This document shows positions 49,988-64,000 of a DNA stretch of 64,000 bases, piece after piece. Under the pieces are notes generated by a model. That model worked only from the letters and a program-made list of their open reading frames with translations. It was not told the DNA's origin and ran no database searches. The stretch is from Azolla caroliniana (Eukaryota > Plantae > Polypodiophyta), in assembly GCA_043228905.1 (NCBI GenBank), contig JBHGNT010000002.1, positions 9,424,001 to 9,488,000 of the forward strand, read 5' to 3'. The position numbers and the translations under genes were made by a program. The stretch's first letter is position 1; the number at the start of each line of letters is the position of its first letter.

Positions 49988-51118
49988 TGAAGATTAAAGT
50001 TAAAGTGGACAATAGATCATATATTATGTCCCAAAAACAAAGTAGTTGTCATTTCCAAGGACTGACTCATAATTATTTGTTGCAAAATTGGCTTTTGGTC
50101 AAGTGTTTAGCATTGCAATTCTAGAATTTTAGTTCATCCCTCACCCACATCCATCATTTTGAGGTAGATGGGCATGATGAATTTTGAGGTTTGGTATATT
50201 TTGAACTTTTGTCAATGTTCGCATCTCTTTGTTGATTGTATGAAAAGGATTTTGTAGTTTTGTGCTCATAACCAAGTATAGCTACCTATAAATGTTATGA
50301 TTTTATGTGAACGGATCTGTAGCTATGTGCTCATAACCGAATAGACGTATACATATAAATTCTATGATTGTATGTAAAGGAATTTGTAGCTATGTGGTCA
50401 TAGCTGAGTAGAGAAACAAACATATAAATGTTACTATACGACATTTTGGAGAGTTGTATTTAAAAGTATGCGAGGATGTTTTTCTTATGTCTATTGTCTT
50501 GATTCTTAACATTGTAGAGACTATAGGAATGGTGATGTACCATTTTAAAGTCAATAAAATTTTCCTTCACCATATACTATGCATTAGAAATGAGTTGATA
50601 CAATTGTTGGTCCGAAGCCATGTTGTGTTTACAACCTATGATCTCGAAAGCATTGAGAATCTTTTCCATTGTTCACAGTTTAGATGTTTGGACGTATATA
50701 GAAGCATAAGTTAATTGAATACTCTCATCTTTCTTCATTGACTTGCGTTTCCATTTAAATTATGTATGCTCAAGAGTTGATATCGATATGTATTTCACAA
50801 AAGAACCTCATTTGTTTTTTACTTTTTGCTACATTTCTTGAGCGATCAAACATGAAAGGTTTTGTGAAATCGGGTAATCTCTTTTTATCTTTTCTCTAGA
50901 AAAGTAATATGTATTTAAATAGAACCTATCCCTCTCTTCTTCTCTCATTGCAATTTGCCATTCCATCCCCTCTATACAATCCCATGTTAAGTGTCTCATG
51001 TAAACACCCCATTCACTAATAATGAAAACCAAACTCGCCCTTCAATGAATTGACTTTCATAAAGATTCCTTTCCCTAATGCTTACGCCATCTTACCTGTT
51101 ACTCCCACTCGATCCTCC

Positions 51119-52314
51119 ATGTTATCAATTAATGCATCCTCATCCATCCTTAATCGTAAGATTAATTATAGCTCGAGTGTTAATTATTCTTCGAGAATCG
51201 AATCATTGAGTGGAATTGGTCACGCGTCTGCGAGGACTTTATTTAATCATGGGTCAATCCATCATCGATACAACCACAAACAGCATGTTCATATTGAGGC
51301 TCAACTCAATGACCAAGATGGAGGAGCTTCGACCATGACAAGATCCGGTGAGTAAAAGTTTGGATCTAAATGAAAGAAAGGAAAGATCATTGTGTCATTA
51401 AGCTTAGAATTTATTATATAAATCACTTGATCAAAGGAAAGAGAGAGAGGGAAGGGTTATGTCACATTAAGGATCTAAAGTTGCTGATATAAATCCATGA
51501 TTTGACTAGATGAGCGAGTTCAAGTGATGCATGTTTATGAGCTCAACGAGAAAGACAGAGGGAGCCCGGCCTATCTACCTTTCAGCTTCAAGTTCGATTT
51601 CTTCAAATTTCTCCCCAAGGGTGCCTTGGGCGATTTGGTTCCTTTCACAAATAAGGTAACTAACTGTGTACAAATATTGGACTGTTAGTTATAAGGCTAT
51701 TACAATTCAAACTTACTGCAGATCCCCGTTTGTATGGAGTACATGACCTAGATCTAAGCTTACAGAATCTAGTGTGCATTTACGTGCAGGTATACGATGG
51801 GTCCTTGGAAATCAGATTAGGAATCACGGCCGGCCTATGCGTCCTCATCAAGAACTATCCGGAGAAAGGCGGGAATCGCTACGAGGCCACCTATAGCTTC
51901 TACTTTGGTGACTATGGCCACATCTCGGTGCAGGTAAAAAAACCAAACATGTCTATGTGTTGTTTTCTCCCCCTCCCCCTACTCAATGGAGGAAGGATCT
52001 GTGCAGAATTGCATTAGTTTTGTAACTTAGGGACCAGAAGTTTTCATTGATGCAAGGGATCATATTTGACATTCGAGGATTCTTATTTGGCGGTCACGGG
52101 AGGCTCCGGAATATTCACGGGAGTGTATGGCAAAGTGAAGTTGCATCAGATCCAGTTCCCTTACAAGATCTTCTACACATTCTACTTGCAGGGAATCGAT
52201 AGCCTCCCGGAGCAGCTCACGAGGCCACACGTACCTCCGTCCGTGTCCGTCAAGGCTTCGGATGCAGCCGCCCAATGCCTGCCCGGTGCCATTGCCCCTA
52301 ACTTCACCGATTGA
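51119..52314 (+). CDS. AOC: Allene oxide cyclase copy 2, plastid precursor (258 aa); exons 51119-51347, 51510-51655, 51790-51933, 52057-52314
   Basis: Same AOC motifs and intron positions as copy 1; Ser-rich N-terminal extension [14 protein letters not shown].. from the first in-frame ATG; 777-nt open frame. Confidence 0.92.
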
Positions 52315-54959
52315 TCGAAATGAAACGAGAAGAAAATCAAATAATGCTCAGACTGGTGGGTGGGATCTAGTCCCCCTAAACCATACTTAGTTAAATTAAT
52401 TATCTTTTCGAAAAGCTCATATTGACGATGATTTTGATCTGCTTCATCTCGTATGGCTCTTGTATCTCCTTGTAGGATACAAAGCCAAAGTTAAGGTTGT
52501 GGGTTTCGTGATTTTATAGCAAGCCACTGTTTGATGCATGGGTGTTTTCATTGTGAAAATTCTTCATTAAGTTTAAGTTTGAGGTGCACATCTACTAAAA
52601 CAAGGTAACAACATTTTGGAGATTAGAGAGAAGAGGGGATCCAATCTCCAATCCCCATATTATTAATGCTTAATAGCCCATCATGAAGCCCGGATCTTTC
52701 ACACCATCTAATGGATTACATATATCCATCTACATGCAACCAAGGCTAGAATCCAAACTGTCAAGTCCATTTGAGTTCTTATGGGGACAAGCACACAACG
52801 AAATGAAATCTTTCCTTTTATTTCCTTGTTTTTTTTTGTTTGAAAGATTTTCTTTTATTTCAATTTTTTTCTCTAAAGTTTCGTTGATTAGAAATATGGG
52901 AATGAAATTTGGAAAAAAAAATGTATTACAAAAATATTGACAATATCAAGATCCAAAATTTCTTCACCATTGTTGTCATGTGCTAGACCTACGATAATAA
53001 ATAGAGAAAAAGCACATGTGAAACAGTAAGAGAGAAAATATGTAGAGTGTGAAAAAAGGGGCAAGGAAAGGGGAGTCATAAACGTAAATATTTAAATAAT
53101 AGAATTATTAAAGAAATGAATGGTCGAGTGGTTAGGGTCATTTAATGTGTGTCGGAGGTCTAGACTTTAATTCATTGTTAGAGCGAGTCGCAACCATATT
53201 AAAGTATATATATATATTCTTTTATATGGGGAAAGGGACATTTGCATTTAATACACATGAGGTGTCTCCTCAGGGACGAAGGGCTTATTTCAATTTTTTT
53301 CTTTTTTTGGGGTGATCTTCTTCGATGTTTTTGGGAGCTCGAGAGTGTTCATCGTCATTTTCTTCAGTTTTCTTTTCTTCTTTGACTCTTCTTTGTCTAG
53401 TTTTCGGCACATGCATGCGTATTTACGCGACATTGTCATGGTGGAATCACTAAACCATCAAGTTTATAACAAATTTGGTTCCAAATGGAAAACATTTTCA
53501 CTATACACATGGAAACAAAAGGGAATTGGCATCGGTGGATGTTTGGAGCATGTCTCCTTATTACATCAAAATCAAACCACCCTCGAATATCTTTTGTTAG
53601 TTGTTATTGTAGAAAATAGTACAAAGAACAAGGTAAGAAGATTTACATCTATGTGTGAGTAGTGCGTGAGATCCATGGAGAAGAGAACTCTTCCACAGAT
53701 GACAAAAGTAAGTTGTAGTGCCAGTTGAGATCAACGTTATCTCAAGCTTCATCTACTTTGCGCCATATATTGAAAAGATTAATCCTTGAATTTGAGCATT
53801 ATAAATAGGTCAATCACATAGATAACTAGACATGCAACAATTGAAGGAAACTAGGATTATGTTGAGGGGAAACAACCTAAACCCATACATGGATGTGATG
53901 GTGGAAGAAAGATTAGATAAACTCATGGAAGTGTTAGCAAAGAATGTGTGGGAACCCCATGTTAGAAGAGAGAGGCCCTTGCAATGATGACAAAGTTACC
54001 AAAATGAAAGAAGAGTGAAGACATGGGAGGGTCATAGTTAAGAGGATTGGGGGAGGTGAAGAGGACTTTGAGACCTCAAGGGTTCTAATGATCTTCGAGT
54101 GACAAAAGAATGTCTAGAACAAGTGGTTCAACATTGGTCATGGTAACGATAGTGAAGTCGTGGACACAAAAGGCTAACACCAAGCCGACTATACAGCTCA
54201 TGGGAACTCCTTTTTAGTTCTACCTTCAAGAACATGGACCCCACAATCATGACTTCCTCGCAACGACACTAGTAATGGGGTAGAAATGAACTCTTCTTCT
54301 AAGTGTCAAGCAAATTGGGTAGGCTAGTTATCAAGTTTGCCATCCCCCCTTGATGGTCTTTCACACGAGGTTAACCAAAGATGTCATGGGAGAACACTTG
54401 TGCGTGCAAAATGTCAAGCACAACCACCAAGGACCTGAACTTGGGGAGATGCTTTGTTGATGAAGGGTTGCAGGAGTTAGTAGACTAGAGGACTAAAAAA
54501 CACACTCTATGTGTGGGATAGTTTGTTTGCACTCAGTGATTGTGTGCATTGGAGTGTGTAAGTGCATTGTTAAGTGTTTTTGAGTAGATATGTGTTTGGT
54601 GAATGTGAACAGTGAAGGGGCAATGTGGGCTATGTATGTGCGACCATTCATTTTTATGTGTATAAGTGTGTGCATGGATGTGTCTTTGAGTTTACATTTA
54701 TATATGTGTGGTCTGTGTATATATGTGCCATGCAAGTGCCAAGGCCACCAAATCCTTCAAAATGCGGAGGGGTAGGTCCAAATGTGACCACTCGACAATT
54801 TTTAACATAAAGAGGGGTTAGGGTTTCCACCAAAAACTTTGACACAGAACGCGAGTCTCACAGATGGAATCCAATCCCTCAATGTCTCAGCTAGAATATA
54901 CAGCCCAAGTTTTCGAACAAGTTGCAATGAATTGAGATTCTAGTATATTCTTCGTGCCT

Positions 54960-55085
54960 ATTGTCACTTCCACATGTCCCATGCACGATCCAACGCTAAA
55001 TTAGTTGTAGTAACAATTGTATTTATCGTCACTTCAACATGTCTCGTGCACAATCCAACACTAAATTAATTGTAGTAACAACAGT
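54960..55085. repeat. Two-copy ~65-bp tandem duplication
   Basis: GTCACTTC.ACATGTC..TGCAC.ATCCAAC.CTAAATTA.TTGTAGTAACAA occurs twice. Confidence 0.75.
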
Positions 55086-56894
55086 GCCGTTTCTTCACAT
55101 GCTATTAATATAATTGTGTGTTTTAACGTAATAACAAAGAGACATTGTTGGCTAATCTATAGGGAAAGTATGTATGTATGTATATTTTATAGGCATATTA
55201 TATATATGTAGACATTTTGATGCCATCATGGGGATGTCCATTGTCCACGTTATAAAAATTAGTGTTGAAATGTTTTGAGAAATATATTGAGAATCATGAT
55301 GGGACATGTTAGTAGCTAAAGACAGAGAGACAGACAGAGAGTCATAGTTAAACAATAATAATGTATGTACATATACAAATATTAGTCATAGGTAGATTGA
55401 TGGTTGGGTCAATTTGAAAGTAGGGGGGCGTTATGGCCACATTTGTTTGCAATAAATAACAGATTCTAACTTCTTTATGTACTTTTTTGCTTTTGGATAT
55501 TTGTTTTACGTACATATGTAGATGATATATTCATCTCTTTACTACGCATTTCTTTCTTTTCTTTAGTTTATTTATGTATATACTATACACCACATGGAAA
55601 ATCATTAATTAAAAAGCATTACATATATTACCCAGCAAACATTAAAAACAGCATAGATACAATAATTATACATATATGGTCCAGAAATGTGCAGTTTTGA
55701 AGTGCCATTGCAGCATATGTTATATATGTATGTATAATGAAGACAGACTGTGTCTGGATTGAAAATTACATCTTATTGTATACAGAATCCTTAAGGGAAA
55801 GTTTTCTGGCCAAATATTCTTTGATATGCTTTCTTAATTCAAAATGAACACGCGACAGCTTCATATTTAACTTTAGAATTTGTTAGTGCTACTCACATGT
55901 GAAATAGGGGACGATTAATCTATTAATTGTGTGGATTAAGAAAGAGATTAAAAGAAGCATAATTTTTTTTTAACTTTGTTGGCAGCAGCTACATGGAAAC
56001 TAAGACCACGAATTAACTTTTAAATGAATTAAGAGGAGGTTAATGTAAGCATATTAAAGTATGACAAATGGATATTTCAACAAGAAATTTTGGCACAACG
56101 AGAGTTTATTTGCTAGTTTTTTGAGAATCGCCCACACATGCATGCTTGTTAAGCGGATCTAATAATCTCATGGAAACCAAGAGTAGGCATGCAACTGAGA
56201 GCACTTAATGAGGCCAAATAACAATAATTAAGGATTTCTAAAGACATTAGCTTAATCTGTCAGAATAAAAACTTCAATGAATGTAACTACGCCCTAATGG
56301 TAGCAAAAAAATTATGATTCTTTAAATAGAAGAATAATCTTCTGGAAAAGAAAGATTAAAGATTGTAACTATTTAATTTGGACAAATATAGATACCTAGT
56401 ATTAGTTCAGATTATTTTAGTCATGTTTTGGATTAATCTAATTTCTGTTATGTCAAGACAGAGAGACAAGAGTGTAATGTGTACACTCTGTTCTCCATAG
56501 AAAGCAGAAGGGGAGCTACGGCGATGGCGACCCACTAGCGAAAACGGATACCATTCGGTTAGGTTTCAAGAACCCATGTTCCATTCTTGCCATCAACCAC
56601 TTCTACTTGAAAAAAAATAGAATAAACAAAGATATTAGTGTTTCTCAGCTTGCCTGTCTGTCGCGAGAGAAAGGTGAAACCCTAAATCTTGCAGGTCATC
56701 CATCCCCTCTGCCTCATAAAAAGGACCGATCCCCCCCCCCCCCCCCCCCCCCCCTTTTTATGTTGGGGAACAAAATCAGAAGATATAAAACGCTCTTCTC
56801 CGAGATTTTAGATCTTCTGTGGATCTGAGATACAGAGACAATGTGCTTTTGACCTAAGTCTTTCTCTGCTTTTTTGTGTTCGCATACAAATACC

Positions 56895-59219
56895 ATGACT
56901 AAAAGGCTGATTGAATATATCGAAGAAGAAGAGAATGACAGTAGGATTGCAGAGCCACTGAAACTGAATATTTATGATCTCACATGTATCAATGGATACT
57001 TGTATTGGGCCGGTCTTGGTGCTTACCACTCTGCAATTGAAGGTAAGATCAATCAATCATAACTACTTTGCTTTTTTCTGTTTGAGAATCGTGTCTAAGT
57101 TTAGCGGATTTTTTTTGTAAAGCTGCTACCTTAATCGAGTATGAATCTTCCTTACATGGACTCTTTACTTTACATACATGGGAGTTGAATGGAGATAGTT
57201 TGAATGATCTAGAATTCTAATCAATTGTGATTTTATGAGAAAGAAGTATCACTAAAAATGGTAGTTTAACGGTACACAGCCAAAGGATTGAGAGATTACC
57301 TTCATGATGGATTATTAGAGTGGGATTCATATGGTGTAAACATTATGTAAACTTGTCTTAAAATCTAGGAATTTTTCCATGGGTTTAACTGATGTCGAAC
57401 AAGGACTGTTCCTTGAGCTTTAAGCTAATGAAGGCCGCATCAGCTTAAATCGATAGATTGTTAAATGATCTCTGGGAAGAGGGATAGTTTAATGGGAGAA
57501 ATGTTAAGTATCTAAGGGCTTAATATCGATCCATCATGAATTGTTACATGAGCATACATTGATCAATCAAGGATTGTTACATGAGAAGTTGTTTAGACGG
57601 GTTAAAGGTGGAATAAAACTGTGGAAAAGTGAGAAGATCCATTATAATCCTCAAATGGCTTGATGATCTGGGATTGTTACTTTTCAAGTTTAGAAAGGGG
57701 TAACTGTTATAGAGACAGCTTAAATCAAGTATGGTTGGTGTCCATGGACTCTTGAAAGAATAGTTCTATGGAGATGTTTGAAGGATGTAGACATAACTTA
57801 AGGTCACATATAATGGGTAGCACCCTCTGTCCCATGGCTTAAGTTATGGCTCCTTAACATCCCTCCAAGTAGCAGTGTCTGTTCACACCATACGGGTCAT
57901 ACCGCAAATTATCTTCGACTTTTTTTGGCTATTTACTAGAAACTACCCCTCGGTTCTTGGAATTTTACAGAAGTATACTCGCTTGGTTTTTTGAAAATAT
58001 AACACTCCATTGTGTTATTCAAGTAATGTTTTTAGAATCAAAGGGGCTTGCAGGTCTAATAAATACTCTAAAAGTAATGTTGGTCTACGTGTGTGTGTGT
58101 GTTCATGATGTATAAAATACCTGATACTACTGTAAAATATATGACAACTAATATATGTTGTAAGGTCATTAGATTCCATTTGTTAAAGTTTTAACTTTTC
58201 TTTTCGATATTATCTTGGTTTTGGCTTTAGCTTATGGTACTGAGTATACATATGGTGCACATGATTATCCAACCAGTGGAGTTTTCGAAGTCAAGCCGAG
58301 ACAATGCCCGAGCTTCCAGTTCCGTAGGTCTATAATCGTGGGAACAATTTGGATAGATGTCCAAACTCTCCAAGATTTCATCGAGGAATTGGCATGTGAA
58401 TACACTGGAGAATCGTATAACTTGATATACAAAAATTGTAACCACTTCTGCAATGATGTTTGCATGCGTCTAGTCGGCGTGCCTTTGCCGAGTTGGGTAA
58501 ACCGTCTTGCCAAATTAGGTAAGTGTTGGTGTGGGAATCCCTATCTCTTTAGGGAGAGTTTTATAACTACCATAAATGGTTTGCTACTCCTTGGTTCTAT
58601 GTGTTTTGCTGCTTTCCTTGTATGGGATATGAACATGCCAAGATCAAGATTTTGGGCGTCTTTAATTAAACTATGCACCTCTAATTAATCAAATTCTCTT
58701 TACTAAATACACCCTTAATTAATTAGATCAAACAACACCCCACCAATGAATTGTTTACTTACTCAACACCACTAATAAATCGAGTAACTAACGAATGCAG
58801 CATTATGTATCAGCTAGCTAGTTAAGCAAAATGAGTGGCATTTTCATCAAATATAAAAGTGTAGCATCCTCACAGATTCTAGCGAATGCTTTGGCATTAT
58901 GTTGTGTACCCTCATTGAGTTGTTTCCGATAATAACAGTTGTGGACATTGAACTTGTTGGTGATATAGGCTCAATTTGTACCTGCCTCATTCCTGATTCA
59001 TTCCACCGGGATGGGTCGATTAGATGCCTTGATTATGAATCTTACAATGACAGTGACAGTGATAGTGATGATATGGAAACCATTCAAAGTCGAAGAAGAA
59101 GGTCGTTCCGGGGCCTCATGGACAGCTTAGTGACTGTTGTGGCGAAGAGAAATTTGCTTCGGTCTGTATTGAGTGATACCATGGTTCTCTCTCGATTGCG
59201 AAGAAGATGGAAAGTGTGA
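56895..59219 (+). CDS. DeSI-like / PPPDE peptidase (desumoylating isopeptidase family), 228 aa; exons 56895-57042, 58231-58518, 58969-59219
   Basis: LNIYDL..GAYHSAIEAYGTEYTYGAH (catalytic His), YNLIYKNCNHF (catalytic Cys), PSWVNRLAKLG; GT-AG phase-1 introns; 687-nt open frame. Confidence 0.93.
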
Positions 59220-60666
59220 TGCATTAAAAGGATTGCAAAAAACTTATGCTGAATGAAGCTCAAGAGATGTGCAGTCCCCCTCATGCAAAAGATTGAAACC
59301 AGAGTCGATCCTAGTGTCGAAGTTTTGTGAGTTCACCATTCGGAATACATCAGAGAAGAATCATTGATTGAACCCATCCATTAAAAGTGTGTATGGTTTG
59401 CTATTTGAATTTCCTGGTCTCGTCTTAATTTGCACTTCTAATGTACATTAAAGTCACCAAAAACCATAACACCTGAAGCATAGACTATAAATTCCAGCTT
59501 CTCATTCCTGCTCACATGGAGAAATATACTATGGTGTGCACACAATGATATGAACGGTAATACCTAATTCACACCAACTTGGCTTCAATTCACACAACCA
59601 TTATTTCCTACATATACTTTGTAATTTAGATGGTTGGATTGCCAGAACATATCAAATCGTATATATAACTTCAACAAGTTAGTTTGCTTGCACAACATTT
59701 CTATGAGCATGCATTTTCAAGACAAGTTGATCAATAGACATGCATTCCAGTTTAATGGTAGTGCCCTATTTTCTTTTGATGGCCAAGTATTTGCCTTTTG
59801 ACACCATACATTATTGAGCAACACATGCCTAACAACCATTTCCATGAATGTTTTTTGTGATTGATAATTAGCACAATTTCTTGCAAGAGAATTGGAAATT
59901 TAGTTTAGTTTGATGACATTACCAAAATGAATCAAGACACATTTCAAATCTTGTTTCATTTAGATATCTAAAAGACTACATTGTTGTAAGTTAACTTAAC
60001 TAAAGGTAGTTGAATTGAGGTTATATGTCATTGAACCTTAGCTTCTATCATTTCTACAACAACATTATTATCAACCAAGTTAATGTATATGGAGTTTGGT
60101 AAAAACATGAAATCATGCCAATGACAACAAACTTATATTAAATTCTTGTTGCTTGAACATAAGTTACATGACATAAACACTCATAATGATATTTTATTTG
60201 TGTTCATGTATTTGTAGAAAATTGTCGAGTAAAACTACCTTGCTTTATTTTTGTTGTCGGAACATAATTTACTTGATATAAATACTTACGACTATATTGT
60301 TTATGTATGTGTTGTCGAGTTTTTGATAAGAGTCTTCCTTTTAGTAAAATGTTGATAGTCTAGGATTTACCTTGAAGGAAGTCGAGAACCATTGCTTTGT
60401 ACAGAGTTGCCTGCTCCTTGCACCTAGGAAACTTAAACATATCAAAGGCTTGCTAATTACTTGAATCTATTGTGAATTTCTTGTAAGGCGATGACCCTTA
60501 CCTGGGGATTGCAATGTGCAACATCCTTATTTATTGTTGTCATTAAGATCATTGAATATGCAACTAGCTCTTATACTAATACAACACATTACCTCTATCA
60601 TACAAGAGCAATGCATCACAAATGTTCCTACAATAGCTTGTCGTGAACCCTACACTTCAGTGTGCC

Positions 60667-61884
60667 TCATGGACTACAACATTTATGTAAACCTTTTTTA
60701 CAATTCCTCACTTTGCTCATGTAGTTTTTGAACACACGGACTTCATCCAAATCTTGAATCTCACAATCTTTGATTGTTATTGTTTTATTTCTATAAGCTT
60801 TGTTATCAAGATTTCGAGCCTTATCCTCCATCCATTCATTGATCCTCACTCTACTACTATCCATTGAGAATGCATTATTATCTCTATATGCAAAAGTTGT
60901 CTTATTTGGTGCTTTATAGCCATACGTATCATTAAGGTCATCAACTCTTCCTATATTACTTTTGTCTACAGATGTAAGCCCAATCTCATTGGGTGATGTT
61001 GAAGATATCTCTATTTTGAATTTGCCATTTGGATCCTCTTCAGAGTTATTTAAATATGCAAAAGAGAAGTCTGTAAAAGATGGGGGATTGTCCATATCAT
61101 CGTGAGATTTGTTTCCACCTAAACCAAGATCAAATTGGATATCTTCACCATCACAATCCATGTGACATTTGATAAGGGGGTCAGGGTGGTCAGGGTCATC
61201 TCCATGATCGTAATGGAGTTGAAAAGACGAGGTAGAAGGGGAAATCGAAGAAGGGTCCTCGCTAGGGAAGTTTGGAGGGGTAGTAGGCTCATTGTTGGTG
61301 TCATTAAAGTCTGAGCTAGAGGAGAAAGTTCTGGGGAGGGAGCCATGGATAGATTCCAACGTGTCTAAGCTAGAATTCTCATGGGTACTATAGTTAGATC
61401 CATCTTTTTTTATAGGAGTTTCATGCATTCCGATATAACGGGCACCGACAAGGGTGCCATTAATAGGGCTATTGCTAGGGACATTGGCATGATATGTATG
61501 GTTTTTAAGGTAGTAGTTACAATGGGTGATGGTAGCAGTAAGGTGTTTTGGATGCTTGGGTGAATGAAGAAGGGTGGTGATGTAGCATGATGGACGGTGG
61601 AGATTGGAGGCGACTTTGGAGCACGTGCAACACGTGAGACGTGGTTTCATGACTGAGGTGATGGTGATGGCTCCATTCCTTGACCTTCCTTCATCAAATC
61701 CCTTCTTCTTCTTCTTCTTCTTCTTCAATCCTTCTTCCTCTTCCTCTTCCTTTTCTTCTTCTTCATCTCTCCTCATCATTCCGTCTTCTTCTTCTTCTTC
61801 TTCTTCTTCTCCTTCTTCTCTTCCTACTTTTTTCTTCTTCTTTTCATGACATCTATACAATGGACGTGACCCCTCGCTATACAT
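60667..61884 (-). other. Unassigned 405-codon ORF (E/K microsatellite N-terminus, S/D/P/N-rich body)
   Basis: Long open frame in AT-rich DNA; no family motif recognised. Confidence 0.35.
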
Positions 61885-62299
61885 ACATATATATGTACAT
61901 TCATTATATGTCTATATACATATTTAATTCATCATATGCATCTCTCGTTTCCCTTTATTTTTCCAAAAAATGCCCTCCCGCTTGCTTTTCAACTATTTCC
62001 CAAAATGCCCCCCCCCCCCCTTTTTTCATTTTTAAGCAATTTATAGATGCTCAAATCATTCCCCTTCTCCACTAATGTCGTACTGTTACACTTGTTTTTT
62101 TCCGTCTTTTCTCTTTCACATGTCACCTTGGACATGGGCATTTGGGGAAATAACAAAAGCATAGGTGTATTTGGGGAAATAAAGAAACCCTTGAAGGAAA
62201 CTTTGGAGATTCCTCGGTCATTTATCTTATACATTCTACATATCATAAAGCATTGCCATCATGTGGAAGGGGGAATTCACAACTAATCTAGGTCAATGG

Positions 62300-64000
62300 T
62301 CCCTCGGTGATTGTTGAGATTATCTATAGGTTGGCTTCTCTTTGTAATAAAGTTGCTTTATGAAAGTGAATTTGTGTCGCCACACTTGTCCATCATCCCA
62401 ATGCATTGCATAAAGCTCAAGCAGTGTTGCCTTTTGACGGCTAACATTGCCTATCATGAGAACAGTATTCCAAAAAATTTGCTCGTCAAATGACGGTTTG
62501 TCAAAAAAATTGCCCTTCAAAAAGTAAATACATCGAATATTTGTAGTAAACAATTATACCTTTTTGTCCTTTGCATCTTTCCAAATTTCATATACACGAT
62601 CCCATTGTATTTCTTCAATGTGTGGCCCATTCAATGAGACTCATATTAAATCATCTGAATGTTCTATATTCAATCGATTTCTTTTCATCTCTTTGGGGGG
62701 TGTTTGTGTGTTGAAAATACCCTGGTACACCTTGTTGTCCATACATATCGTAATGGGGGCAAGCAACATCCAAAAATCTCCAAGGTTTTGATTATGTGTA
62801 CAAGTTGTAGGTACCCTGTTGTCAGTGATCAACCACATAATGCCATTCTCCCTTTTGTACTTAGCATCGCATGTGCTATCGTATTTCACCACATCATCCT
62901 CAAGAAAAATCCAACAAGCATGTCCCCAGTTGAGGGTGAACAAACTAGAGGCATGGCAAAGCAAACATAGTGCCCTTCTCCATACAGCCACTGGCTCACG
63001 ACATTCCCATAGACAATGGGAAATGCTTTGTATCTGTCCACATGCAATACATCTAAGGTCTACATTGGGGCCTTTACCCCACGTCCCTATCGGCAAGGCT
63101 CTATGTGCAATAAGTCATAAACACATCATTATCTTGGGGTCATATTTGTCATGCCATATCATTTTCCAGAATTGATCTAGTCTCATTTCACTAATGCCCT
63201 CATGTATCTAAAATTTCCTTGTTGCAATCTTGTCGTGTTCTTGTTCGAGAATAATTTGCCTCCCAATCTTCATGTTATACCTGAAAAATTGAACCAACTT
63301 TTCCCCATCAGTTCGTCCTTGAGTTCTCCAACAATACATCGCTGGGTCCCATGATAACTTATCCAAATGCCCTTGTATAGGCCAACACATTGTCGCCAGT
63401 GTGATCTCCGTTGGTTTAGGGTCAATAATCCTATTCTTGCCATTTTTTGTGATTAGCCTAATCGGCCTTTCTCTTTGAAAGGCTGGTTGCTCAACTCTTA
63501 CCATCCCGTGCTCTAGTTTGTAGTAGAATACCTCATTTGATTCTACTTTCATTCCCTTAATGCCAATTAAACAGTTCTCGACATCTATAAGTTCTATCCC
63601 CGCAATTTCAGAGGTTGTTACTTCTTCCTCTTCCACGGTATTCCTGTAGCATGCAATGGCATCTATAATTCTCTTGAGCATGCCTTTACCCCTGCTTATT
63701 CTCCATATTCTAGCCTTTTGAGTGCCCACCTCATTGGACAAAAACCTCTCCCACTCCACTAATGCATTCCCTTGGGCATTGATTAACTTAGCCCATTTGA
63801 AACCTGCTTTTTGGCCTATCATCAGCCCATCCATATCTCTAATCAATGGGTTCCATACAATTGGCATGCACATCCGCGCATATGCATCATTTCTCCACCT
63901 ACATGTGATCTCCTTTATGATTTCTTGCCATCCTTTCATAATTCCAATAGCACAACGACTCTACATACTTCCCTAATATTTGGGTCTCATTTCTGGCATA
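62300..64000 (-). mobile_element. LINE (L1/Tx1-like) ORF2 C-terminal remnant, continuing off the right edge
   Basis: zf-RVT-like LRCIACGQIQSISHCLWEC and upstream PIVWNPLI; frameshifts and stops. Confidence 0.78.

Noticed and set aside
51022-51052. Upstream ATGs (51022, 51045) as the AOC copy 2 start
   Set aside because: Both are out of frame with the AOC exon and stop within a few codons; 51119 is the first in-frame ATG. They could be uORFs, but the transcription start is unknown.
53120-54850. Possible SINE head (TGGTCGAGTGG at ~53121) and decayed TE sequence
   Set aside because: No intact B box, termini, TSD or recognisable protein motif; too degraded to call.

Overview
Eukaryotic nuclear DNA from a land plant; a non-seed plant such as a fern is my inference from the Tcn1-type chromoviruses, fungal-like non-chromoviral Gypsy pol and PPR debris. 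Positions 1-50,000 are mostly nested retrotransposons. They include an apparently intact, very young Tcn1-like chromovirus (347-5636) with Tf1-type self-priming and a -1 frameshift/pseudoknot signal, inserted into an older relative, and a multi-layer Gypsy/Copia nest (10.8-26.6 kb). Two TSD-bounded decayed Copia elements lie at 28230-33839 and 44555-49987. Host genes are two tandem-duplicated allene oxide cyclase (AOC) genes and a DeSI/PPPDE peptidase; a LINE ORF2 remnant runs off the right end. One AOC has a plastid transit peptide; the other lacks it and sits behind an expanded ~195-bp promoter satellite. The most unusual object is a TSD-bounded LTR element (13855-22527) with no gag/pol and no polypurine tract. 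It has tRNA-primer-like sites next to both LTRs on opposite strands and a single accessory-type ORF. All identities and counts were made by eye; no searches were run.
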